A DNA stretch of 64,000 nucleotides from Desulfovibrio sp. MES5. Lineage in GTDB: Bacteria; Desulfobacterota; Desulfovibrionia; Desulfovibrionales; Desulfovibrionaceae. The stretch lies in assembly GCF_002237645.1 (NCBI RefSeq), contig NZ_MJUZ01000016.1, positions 15 to 64,014 on the forward strand, given 5' to 3'. The notes below the pieces were generated by a model. That model saw only the letters and a program-made list of their open reading frames with translations, had not been told where the DNA came from and made no database searches. The position numbers were made by a program, and so were the translations under genes. Position 1 is the stretch's first letter. The number at the start of each line of letters is the position of its first letter. Shown here piece by piece: positions 15,879 to 24,569 of the stretch.

Positions 15879-18800
15879 TTACGCATTCCCCGCTGCCGCG
15901 CGCGCCCCAGCGCCGTGTTCATGTCTTGCCGCCGCAACGCTTTGCTTTGAACGGTCGCGCAGGCTCTGCAACACGGCATCACGCGGCCCATCCATCTTGA
16001 TCTGGCCGTTTTCCATAACTATCAGCCGTTCCACAATCCTGAGCATGGACAAGCGGTGCGTCACAAGCACCACCGTGCGGTCCTGCATGACCGAGAACAG
16101 ACGCTTTTGCAGCATGAGTTCAGAATCCGTATCCATATTACTGGTTGGTTCATCCAGAAGCAGCACTTCAGGGTCACGCACCAGGGCCCGGGCCAGAGCC
16201 ACGGCCTGACGCTGACCGCCGGAAAGCGCCTTGCCCTGCTCGCCCACCTGTGCGGCGAAGCCCGCGGGGTTGTTGCGCAGAAAGTCCGTCACGCCAGCCA
16301 GGGCCGCTGCCCGCAAAATCAGGTGGTCGTTAATGGTAGGATCGCCCAGAGCGATGTTGTCGCGAATACTGCCGTAAAACAGCACCACGTCCTGCGGCAG
16401 AACCCCTATGCGGCCTCGCAGGTCGGTGCTGGGGATCTGGCGAATGTCCACATCACCGAACTTCACGGCCCCTTCCTTGGGCTGGTAAAGGCCAATGAGC
16501 AGTTTTGACAATGTGCTTTTTCCCGACCCCATGGGGCCGATGATGCCAACGCGCTCGCCCGGCTCAATGCGCAGGGAAACGCGGTCAAGAGCCAGCCTTT
16601 CCTGATGCGGATAGGCGAAAGACACGTTTTCCATAGTGAAGGAAGGCCGCAACATGCCAAAATCCATGCAGGTCTTTTCAACCTGGTTTTCGGACGGCAG
16701 CAGCATGAGCATGTCCAGAGCCTTGAGCGTCACGTGCGAATTTTGCAGCCGCGTGAGCAACGAGGCCATCTGCAGCAGGGGGGCCATGGTGCGGCCCACC
16801 AGAATATTGCAGCCTATGAGCGCGCCCATGGTCATGAGCCCTTCAGAGATGCGGTAGACGCCCCACACGATCATGGCCACTGTCACCAGCTGGGTGATGA
16901 GCATGGATACCGTGACCGCCAGGTTGTTATACTTGCGCGCTTCACTGTTGGACTGGGCCGAAAGGCCCACCACGGATTCCCAGAGTTTCTGCATACGGCT
17001 TTCGGCCATGCAGGACTTGAGGGTTTCAAGCCCACCCACAATTTCCACCAGCAGGGCGTTTTTCTGCATGTTCTGCTTGTAGCTGGCCTCGGCGCTGCGC
17101 CGCGAACGCTGCTGCAGCAGCAGGCCCAGCCCCAGCATAAGCGGCATGGCCGCCAGGGGCAGAAAGACCACCGGGCCGCCAATAAAGCCGGTAAGCAGCA
17201 GAAAGATCACCAGGAAGGGCAGGTCAATGCAGGCCAGCAAACTCGACGAACTGAAAAATTCTCGCAACTGCTCAAATTCACGAAGGTTATTCACCAAAGC
17301 CCCAGTGGATTCCGGCTTGGCGTCCATACGCATTGAAAGCACTTTTTCCACCAGCGAACTGGAAAGCACGATATCCGCATTGCGCCCGGCCACATCCACA
17401 AAGTGCGTTCGTAATGAGGACAGCAGAAAATTGAACATGTAGATGATGATGATGCCGATGGCCAGAACCCACAGGGTTTCAATGGCGTTATTGGGCACCA
17501 CGCGGTCATACACGTTCATGACGAACAGCGGACTGCCCACGGCGATCAGGTTGATGACCACGCTGGCCAGGGCAACATGGCGGTAAATGGGGGCATAATA
17601 GCGCAGCACGTCCCAGAACCAGCGCTTGCCGTGCGCAATGCTCAGCCGTTCGGCCCGGTCGTCGGGCGCGGCCTCCACTGCGGCGAAAAGGGCATACCCC
17701 GAGTAATCCTGCTTGAGGTCTTCAAGCTGGACAGTCTGGGCGGCTTCGCTGGTTTCGGGAAAAACAACTTCTGCCTTGCCGTCACGAATGTAGGTTACAA
17801 CGCAAGAGCGGTCGTGCGTCAGAAGAAGGATGCAGGGCAAAACCAGGCTGGGAATTTCATCAAGTTCGGGGCGAAAAACAATGCGCCCTGAAAGCCCCGC
17901 CTTGCGCGCCGCCCGCAGGCAGGCCTGGGGCGTCACCTTGTTGCCGGTGAGGCCCGACATGAGAAACTGCGGGCTCACAACCTTGCCGCGCAAACGCAGC
18001 AGAACCGCAAGGCTGCGCAACAGACCCGGCATAAAATCCACGTCCGAAGGGCGCAGGGGCCCCATGGTACGTTCCTTGTCCCCCTGCCCGCCGCCCATGG
18101 CGGCTTCCTGGCGCGCGGCATGGGCTATGGCGTCCATAGCGGCCTTGCCGACCTGACTGGAGGCACCGGGCGCGCCTTCTTCTCTCTGTTGTCCACCAGT
18201 ATCTGTAGCTTCGCCAGCCTCGCCTGCGGCGGGATCGCCTTCTCTTGCGCCAGCCCCGGCCTCCGGCGTCGGAGCGTCAGCGCTGTCAGCGCCTGCTGCG
18301 GAAGGCTGCACGCCCTGGAGCGCCTGTGATGCCCGCGATTGCGGCATCTGCGATTGCGGCTGCTGCGATTGCGGCTGCTGCGGCATTGTGGCCGACTGCT
18401 CCGGCTGCTGCGATATATGGGACTGCTCTAACGGGTGTGATTGCTGCGGCATCTGCGGCATCTGCGGCATTTGCGGCATCTGCGGCATTTGCGGCTGCTC
18501 CGGCTGTGATTGCTCTGACGCCTGGGGCTGCTGCGTCTGTACTTGCTGCGACGCCTGCTGCTCCATATTGGCAGCCTCTTTGTGGTCTGCCCCGGGTGAT
18601 GCCTTGTGCCTGTCATTGCCGAGCACGATTCGGCCTCCGGGCTTCAACGACATGGCGCCGTGCAAGGCAGTGCTTTTTGCCGCGCCGCCTTCTTCGGGCG
18701 TATGCTGCTGGTTTGGCGGCGGCGCTCCAGGCTTCGTCGCGGCAGCATGCTCACGGGGGTGCAGCACAGCGGCCCGGCTGACGGCCTGATTGCCACGGGG

Positions 18801-18980
18801 CGCGGTTGCGCCCGCAGACACCGGGGATTCAGCATCAGGCCGCGCGGCCGGATTGCTCTGTAAATTTATAGAGGAAGCTTTTCCAGAGGGCGCCTCGTGA
18901 TTTGCGGCAGCGCCTTTGTCGACAGCTGTTGTCTCATCACGGGTATTTTCTGAACGATCTGTTATATTGGAATTTTCCAT
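15879..18980 (-). CDS. Type I secretion ABC exporter with N-terminal C39-like domain (LapB/LssB type), preceded by ~315 aa of low-complexity sequence
   Basis: Walker A GPMGSGKST, signature LSGGQRQ, Walker B LLLDEPTS, six-TM exporter domain, C39-like block LRSLAVLLRLRG..LPCILLL. The true start is uncertain; internal Met candidates include 18065. Confidence 0.85.
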   Translation of the reverse strand: MENSNITDRSENTRDETTAVDKGAAANHEAPSGKASSINLQSNPAARPDAESPVSAGATAPRGNQAVSRAAVLHPREHAAATKPGAPPPNQQHTPEEGGAAKSTALHGAMSLKPGGRIVLGNDRHKASPGADHKEAANMEQQASQQVQTQQPQASEQSQPEQPQMPQMPQMPQMPQMPQQSHPLEQSHISQQPEQSATMPQQPQSQQPQSQMPQSRASQALQGVQPSAAGADSADAPTPEAGAGAREGDPAAGEAGEATDTGGQQREEGAPGASSQVGKAAMDAIAHAARQEAAMGGGQGDKERTMGPLRPSDVDFMPGLLRSLAVLLRLRGKVVSPQFLMSGLTGNKVTPQACLRAARKAGLSGRIVFRPELDEIPSLVLPCILLLTHDRSCVVTYIRDGKAEVVFPETSEAAQTVQLEDLKQDYSGYALFAAVEAAPDDRAERLSIAHGKRWFWDVLRYYAPIYRHVALASVVINLIAVGSPLFVMNVYDRVVPNNAIETLWVLAIGIIIIYMFNFLLSSLRTHFVDVAGRNADIVLSSSLVEKVLSMRMDAKPESTGALVNNLREFEQLREFFSSSSLLACIDLPFLVIFLLLTGFIGGPVVFLPLAAMPLMLGLGLLLQQRSRRSAEASYKQNMQKNALLVEIVGGLETLKSCMAESRMQKLWESVVGLSAQSNSEARKYNNLAVTVSMLITQLVTVAMIVWGVYRISEGLMTMGALIGCNILVGRTMAPLLQMASLLTRLQNSHVTLKALDMLMLLPSENQVEKTCMDFGMLRPSFTMENVSFAYPHQERLALDRVSLRIEPGERVGIIGPMGSGKSTLSKLLIGLYQPKEGAVKFGDVDIRQIPSTDLRGRIGVLPQDVVLFYGSIRDNIALGDPTINDHLILRAAALAGVTDFLRNNPAGFAAQVGEQGKALSGGQRQAVALARALVRDPEVLLLDEPTSNMDTDSELMLQKRLFSVMQDRTVVLVTHRLSMLRIVERLIVMENGQIKMDGPRDAVLQSLRDRSKQSVAAARHEHGAGARAAAGNA
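18447..18494 (-). repeat. 9-bp in-frame tandem repeat (about 5.3 units) encoding (PQM)n
   Basis: Plus-strand CTGCGGCAT/CTGCGGCAT/TTGCGGCAT and so on. Translated as PQMPQMPQMPQMPQMPQ inside the ABC-exporter N-terminal extension. Confidence 0.9.
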
Positions 18981-19243
18981 GGCATTCCCATTGCTGTAGC
19001 GTCGGGGCAGAAACCCCTTGCAGATAGGCGGGAGCGTACGTCGGCAACAGGATCACTTGCGGGACTTGTGGCCGCATCGCATGATGTAAGGCGATCTTCC
19101 GCCATATGAAAAATACTATACTGATGCAGGATTGCCAAGCGTTTTGGCTACCCGAATCGGCGGAGGAGACGTGTGGGAAAACGCATGCGCTGAAAGATTG
19201 GTGTTATGCCCCGGCGCATCTCTGCGCCGGGGCATAACACCTC

Positions 19244-20644
19244 TTACTCGAACCAGCCGGGAGCGAATTCTTCGCGGGGATCCGCTGCATCCTTGGGCGG
19301 GGTCTGCCCAAGGGGTGCGGTATTGATGGACATCTGCGGCAGCAGATTGCCCGAAAGGGCACTCAAACGATACGCGCCCACCAGGATGTTGCCGCGAGCG
19401 GTTTCAGCTTGGGTCGAAGAGTTGAAAAGCTCATTCTCTGTATCAAGCACGTCCAGAATACTGCGCTTGCCGATCTGGAACTGCTCAATATAGGCTGAAC
19501 GTGTGTACTTGCTGTACTCCACGGCCTTGGTATAGTGCGAGAACTGCTCCTGCGCGGCCTGATAGTTGGTCCAGGTGCTCTCGATATCCAGCTTGAGCTC
19601 GTCGATGAAGTCGTACATCACCTGACGGCTCTGACGGATACGCGCCGAGGCGGCACGGCGTTCAGCCAGGTCGGCCCCGCTGTTGAAAATATTCCAACGC
19701 ACAACGCCCATCACGTCAAAGCTGTATATCCAGCGGTCACTTGCGCCGCCACGGTCCGTATAGTTGGGGCCGGCTTCAAGATTCAGCGTGGGGTAAAATG
19801 CCGAATCAGCCAGTTCACGCTCGCCGCGTGCTGCACGGATATCCTGCATGTAAGCGGCAATTTTGGGGTTACTCTGCTCGGCCTGCGCGAACACGGCGTC
19901 AGGCCCCTGATACAGTTCAGGAGGCATGGTCACGGGAGCCAGCTTGCCGGTCGCCGGCAGGCCGGTAAGGCGTGTGTAGCGCTCTTCGGCCACCAGCAGG
20001 GCGGCCTTGGCTTCAGAAAGGCTCGACAGCGCACGCTGGAGGCGTGAACGGGCTTGCGTCACGTCTGCGGCGGTATCAGCGCCAAGGTTGGCTCTTTCCT
20101 GCGCTTGGCTGACCAGGGCCTTGTGTTGCGTGACGTTCGATTCGGCCAGCGCCAGAATCTTTCTGCGCCGCAGCACATCAATATGCGAGATGATTCCCTC
20201 AAGCGACATGGAAGTGGCGGTGTCAAACACCCTGAACTTCACAGACTCAAGGGTCGATTTGGCTGTACGCACGCGCGACCTGGTGGCAAAGCCATCCCAT
20301 ATGGGCTGCACAAGCTGAGCGCTGACGCCAGCCAGGCCCCACATCTGGGTGTCCAGGTCTCTACCGCGGGTTGATGAGTCGCTCAGGACGCTGCCGCCAG
20401 CCCGGCCGGTAACGTCGACGCGTGGGCCAAAGCCGGCTTTGGCGCGGTCGGCCTCATGTTCAAGTACATTACGGTTTTCCTGCATGCCACGCAGGGCGCG
20501 GTTTGACCGCAATACTCCGTAAACAGAGTCTTCCACAGTAATGACCTGCCCCGCTGGCGGCGGCGGATAGGCGGATTCTGCAGCCGAGGCCACAGCGGGC
20601 AGCAGCAGGCCAAAAGACAAAAGGTATGCAACAAGTTGTTTCAC
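19244..20644 (-). CDS. TolC-family outer-membrane channel (T1SS OMP)
   Basis: 466 aa with signal peptide MKQLVAYLLSFGLLLPAVASA and two OEP-type repeats rich in coiled-coil Ala/Gln/Arg. First gene of the T1SS cluster. Confidence 0.9.
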   Translation of the reverse strand: MKQLVAYLLSFGLLLPAVASAAESAYPPPPAGQVITVEDSVYGVLRSNRALRGMQENRNVLEHEADRAKAGFGPRVDVTGRAGGSVLSDSSTRGRDLDTQMWGLAGVSAQLVQPIWDGFATRSRVRTAKSTLESVKFRVFDTATSMSLEGIISHIDVLRRRKILALAESNVTQHKALVSQAQERANLGADTAADVTQARSRLQRALSSLSEAKAALLVAEERYTRLTGLPATGKLAPVTMPPELYQGPDAVFAQAEQSNPKIAAYMQDIRAARGERELADSAFYPTLNLEAGPNYTDRGGASDRWIYSFDVMGVVRWNIFNSGADLAERRAASARIRQSRQVMYDFIDELKLDIESTWTNYQAAQEQFSHYTKAVEYSKYTRSAYIEQFQIGKRSILDVLDTENELFNSSTQAETARGNILVGAYRLSALSGNLLPQMSINTAPLGQTPPKDAADPREEFAPGWFE

Positions 20645-21752
20645 GATTCACTCCCTGAACTGGAAATCCGCACCGTCAAGCGTTTTTCCGCTCTGTCAGC
20701 ACGCCGGCCAGAATGGCCCACATTATGAAGATAAACAGCCAACACAGGCTTACTTTCACAACGGCATGCTTTGAGATGATTTTTTACTTACACAGGGCAA
20801 TTAAGCCCTGCAGACTCTTCAAGTTCTGCTTCGGAAGACCAGCCCGCGAGCTGCACATCTTCATCCCAGCAACGCAGCGGCCGATCACGACACGCTGATT
20901 GCTATGCAAGATTCGGCCCGAAGCATATGGCCTATACGCAGTAAGCAATAGCTGAAATATAAAAGCAATAGCTTCGAGGCCCTTAACTTGAAATAGGGTT
21001 TTTTAACACTCTATAATTATTAACAATATATTCTAATAAATTTTTTTAACACTCTTACAAATACTACATAAAAACAGGCTTGTTAGACACACTCCACAGC
21101 TCCGTACCGTTCCGGCTCTGCCGTGCAAAAAAAGATATTCGGTAAAAAAAATCCGCAAATAAAGACAAAAACTTTATAATTACAGCATACTGCATAAACA
21201 GTAACGCACGGTACTGCAAATTTCTGTTGATGGGGCTCGCCCCCCACCATCAGGATTCAGAGAGCCGATAGGCGGAACCCAGAGGGGAAGACAGTTGGCG
21301 GGGCAGAATATCAGCTATAAGCAGCTGGTATACTGCGTAAACCCCAACTTGCGCGGACAAGGTTCAAAAGCGGCTGACGAGCAGTTTCACATCGCATGCG
21401 CCCTGGCGGCCATAGGCCATTCGCCATTGCGGCATATGCGATCTACCGGCCTCTGCTCGCAAAACCCGCCTGGATCTCTCTTTGGGGGGATTTTTGCGGA
21501 GCAGACCGACACCTATGTCAAAAAGACGACACCACCGCTCGAACGTAAACGACGTACAGGAATATAAGTCAGAGAGCAGGCGTTCTCTGAGTCAAGGCAG
21601 CGCGGAGCAGTCACCGTTGCAAATATTTATTCGCAACGCATCAATATGCGGTTCGCCCTTTGTGGCGCGGGGCAGCGCGGATAAACCGCGCTTAGCCCCC
21701 GCGCCTGACGGCTGACCACGCAGCCGCAGGGCAACTTTACAATAAAATTGTC

Positions 21753-22328
21753 CTAGAAGGTGTAGTTCAGTTCTTCAAAGTAGGCCTTGGGGTGCGCACA
21801 TGCGGGGCACATTTCGGGCGCATGATCTCCGTCCACAAGACAGCCGCAGTTAAGGCAGCGCCAGACCGTGGGCTTGGAACGCATGAACATGCGGCCTTCC
21901 TTGATGTCGCTGGCCAGCTTCAGAAAGCGCTTTTCGTGGTAGGCTTCGGCCACGGCGATATGGCGCATGGCATAGGCCACTTCAGAAAAACCTTCTTTTT
22001 CGGCAATGGCGGCCATAGAAGGATACATCTCTGTATGCTCATAATTTTCGCCATGTGCAGCGGCCAGCAGGTTGGCTTCGCTGCCGGCGATGACGCCAGC
22101 GGGGTAGGCTGCCTGAATTTCTACTTCGCCGCCTTCAAGAAACTTGAACAGCCGTTTGGCGTGTTCCTTTTCCTGAGATGCGGTTTCAAGAAAAATTTCT
22201 TCCACAAGCACGAACCCGTCTTTTTTGGCTACGCCGGAAAAGAAGTCATAGCGATTGCGCGCCTGGGATTCACCGGCAAAAGCGGTAAGAATGTTCTTTT
22301 CAGTCTGGCTGCCCTTCAATGATTTCAT
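21753..22328 (-). CDS. rbr: Rubrerythrin
   Basis: Di-iron ExxH motifs (EKEHAKR, EAYHEKR) plus C-terminal rubredoxin-like CLNCG...CPAC. AAGGAGAGG SD before ATG 22328. Confidence 0.92.
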   Translation of the reverse strand: MKSLKGSQTEKNILTAFAGESQARNRYDFFSGVAKKDGFVLVEEIFLETASQEKEHAKRLFKFLEGGEVEIQAAYPAGVIAGSEANLLAAAHGENYEHTEMYPSMAAIAEKEGFSEVAYAMRHIAVAEAYHEKRFLKLASDIKEGRMFMRSKPTVWRCLNCGCLVDGDHAPEMCPACAHPKAYFEELNYTF

Positions 22329-22453
22329 AAACCTCTCCTTGAACATGCCAAGCATGTATTTAAGGTATGCGAGCTGAAGCGAAATAAAAGGGGACAGCCA
22401 TTGCCATCCCCCAAAAGCGACTATAAGAAATGAGATCAGTTACTGTCAAGCAT

Positions 22454-22969
22454 TTATGCAGCCTGTTGCGCTGCTGCAAGCTGGGCTTCCAGAGCCGCGA
22501 GTTGTGCCTGGAGGGCATTCATTTTGCTATTGATTCCGGCATCCATCACGCCGCCAGTCACATGACTGGCAAGACTGGTCAGCTGACTTTTCAGAGATTC
22601 GATCTGCTTTTTGATGCTCTCAACGGTATTTGTACCACTGGAACCGCCGCCAATTCCGGAGGAACCGTCAGCGCCGCCCGTACCCTGAGCAGACCCCTCC
22701 GCCTCGCTGCCGGACAATCCTGCAACGGACGCTCCGGACGAACTGGTCGTTTCTTCCTGCTTGTCGTCACTGGAGGCCGAGGAAGTATACCGGCCCAGTT
22801 TTTCGGCAAAAAGCGCCTTGGCTTGATCGGAGATGCTTACCGTATCGCCCGAACTGCTCCCAGATGTGGTACTGCTGGCGCTTTTGGAGCTGCCGCTGCT
22901 GATTCCCCATAATTCATCCACGCCAGAAAGACCACTGACGCCATATGTGCTTGTGCTGGACACGCTCAT
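22454..22969 (-). CDS. Ser/Gly-rich protein with C-terminal coiled coil (FlxA-like), function unknown
   Basis: AAGGAG SD before ATG 22969 (MSVSSTSTYGVS). C-terminus IKKQIESLKSQLTSL...LQAQLAALEAQLAAAQQ resembles FlxA-family heptads. A sigma54-type promoter lies upstream. Confidence 0.6.
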   Translation of the reverse strand: MSVSSTSTYGVSGLSGVDELWGISSGSSKSASSTTSGSSSGDTVSISDQAKALFAEKLGRYTSSASSDDKQEETTSSSGASVAGLSGSEAEGSAQGTGGADGSSGIGGGSSGTNTVESIKKQIESLKSQLTSLASHVTGGVMDAGINSKMNALQAQLAALEAQLAAAQQAA

Positions 22970-23032
22970 AATTACTCCTTCAGTGCTGTGCACCAGGAAA
23001 GTATTGCTCCTCGCCCCTTTCCTCCTTGAAGC

Positions 23033-23048
23033 AGCAAAAAATATGCCA
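23033..23048 (-). promoter_or_regulatory. Candidate sigma54 (-24/-12) promoter for the FlxA-like gene
   Basis: The minus strand reads TGGCAT-ATTTT-TTGCT (GG-N10-GC spacing as in the TGGCAC-N5-TTGCW consensus). The -12 element lies about 64 nt upstream of ATG 22969. Confidence 0.5.
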
Positions 23049-23085
23049 CCCGATATAGGGCAAAATTTGCCCAAAAGGCCTGACG

Positions 23086-24237
23086 ATGCCCATTCTTTAC
23101 AGGCGCGCCGACCTATGGCAGCCTTGTCTCATGGTTGAAAAAAAACCGGCTTCACGGCGCTTCCGGTCTCAAGGCGCGCCTCTGCCTGCCTGCGTCCACC
23201 TGCGTCTTGCCGATGGCACCAATCTTACAGCCAGGGTAAGGGTCTCTTCCCGTGCCAGGCGCACGCGCCTTTCCCTCAGCCCTTACGGGCATCTGACCAT
23301 CACCACGCCAGAAGGCATGCCTCCATCCCTGCTTGAACAAACCCTCCCCCAGTTTTTGCCATGGCTTGAACGTGCATGGAAAAAGCGCAGGGCCACGGCC
23401 CCACGGCAGCAACTGCCTCCAAGCATTGCACTGCCCCTGGCCGGGCTGACGTTTGCGGTGCGGACTGAGGGCGACATGGCGGCGGGCAAGCTGGCGGCGG
23501 CACGGCATCACGAAAACCATTTTTCTCTGCTGGCGCGGATAGGTTCGCAGCGGCTTCTGCTGGTGCAAAGCGTCGACTGCCTGCGCCTGTTCGGCGCTGT
23601 TGAAGACGCCAGCCTGTGCGTCAAGGCCCTGCGCCAGTGGTGCCGCCATATGGCCGAAATCCTGCTCCCGGCGTATCTGGACAATCTTGCCCGGCAGGCA
23701 GGCTTTGCGCTTGAAAAAATCAGCGTGCGGGATCAACGCTCGCGCTGGGGCAGTTGCGCGCGTACGCGCAGGGCCAACGGCAGGAGCCAGCCACAGGAAA
23801 AAGACAGGCAACGGGCCCAGGACGGCGCAATGCATGGCGCATCCCTCACCGCGCAAGGCAGAGCCGGAAGACTGGCCGCAAAGCTTTTCAGCCTGTTCAC
23901 CGCCAGACCCGAAAACAATGGCGGCAGGCAGGCAGGGCTTCTGACCACAAATCAGGAGTACAGCCCTGCGGGGCAGCAGGGGCAACCGGTCGGGCGCATC
24001 AGCCTCAACTGGCGGGCGGCGCTTCTTCCCCTGCCCCTTCTGGAGCACCTTTGCTGGCACGAGTTGTGCCACCTGCGCCATATGGATCATTCACCGGCCT
24101 ACAGGGCAGAGCTTGCCCGATACTCGCCCCACTGGCCCCAACAGGAAAAAGCCCTCAATGACGCATGGCGCGACCTGCCCTGGTGGGCGCTGCCTGGAGA
24201 AGGCGAGCCGAGTCCGGCCGAAGGCGAAGAAGACTGA
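23086..24237 (+). CDS. DUF45/YgjP-like (SprT/WLM-type) zinc metalloprotein with an internal ~80-aa insertion
   Basis: C-terminal HELCHLRHMDHS (HExxH), RWGSC block, N-terminal RARRTRLSLSPYGHLTITTPEG typical of the family. Start uncertain (23086 or 23131). Confidence 0.7.
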   Translation: MPILYRRADLWQPCLMVEKKPASRRFRSQGAPLPACVHLRLADGTNLTARVRVSSRARRTRLSLSPYGHLTITTPEGMPPSLLEQTLPQFLPWLERAWKKRRATAPRQQLPPSIALPLAGLTFAVRTEGDMAAGKLAAARHHENHFSLLARIGSQRLLLVQSVDCLRLFGAVEDASLCVKALRQWCRHMAEILLPAYLDNLARQAGFALEKISVRDQRSRWGSCARTRRANGRSQPQEKDRQRAQDGAMHGASLTAQGRAGRLAAKLFSLFTARPENNGGRQAGLLTTNQEYSPAGQQGQPVGRISLNWRAALLPLPLLEHLCWHELCHLRHMDHSPAYRAELARYSPHWPQQEKALNDAWRDLPWWALPGEGEPSPAEGEED

Positions 24238-24569
24238 TCCCCCACCCGTTTGCCGGGCCAGGATGCCGCAGAGACTCTATCTGTTGAGCATATATCGAGA
24301 TTGTAAATTCTGAACGGTTGACGGCGCGCGCTGCGGCACATGCACGCGCAGCAACCCCCACGGCACGCCTTCACGGCGAGCGCCCGCGCGGCCATCAGAG
24401 CAGTGCTGGCGCAACACCACGCCAGATCATGTTACCTTTGAAAAAAGATGGATGCGTTAGCGCTGCACGAAAGTGCAGCGCGCCGCAACGTGGCATGGAT
24501 GCTGCCAGAATTCGCATCTCTCGGCAGCATGCCGCATTGAAATGTGACGCATTACAAAGGCATTCTGCT

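Noticed and set aside
14528-16000. 490-aa ORF antisense to the HlyD gene; also 16056-17509 ORFs antisense to the ABC exporter
   Set aside because: The sense strand has Walker/ABC signature motifs and HlyD architecture. The antisense products lack motifs and SD sequences.
22420-22449. Sigma70-like TTGACA-N18-TATAGT on the minus strand upstream of rbr
   Set aside because: The hexamers are good. However, a terminator-like hairpin with a T-run (about 22381-22411) lies between it and the rbr ATG, so assignment as the rbr promoter is ambiguous. Left unannotated.
22454-23074. Longer 206-aa version of the Ser/Gly-rich ORF, and the idea that its Gly-rich tract (GTGGADGSSGIGGGSSGT) is an RTX-type T1SS cargo motif
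   Set aside because: The upstream 35 codons overlap the sigma54 promoter and lack an SD, whereas ATG 22969 has AAGGAG. The Gly tract does not follow the GGxGxDxUx nonapeptide periodicity.
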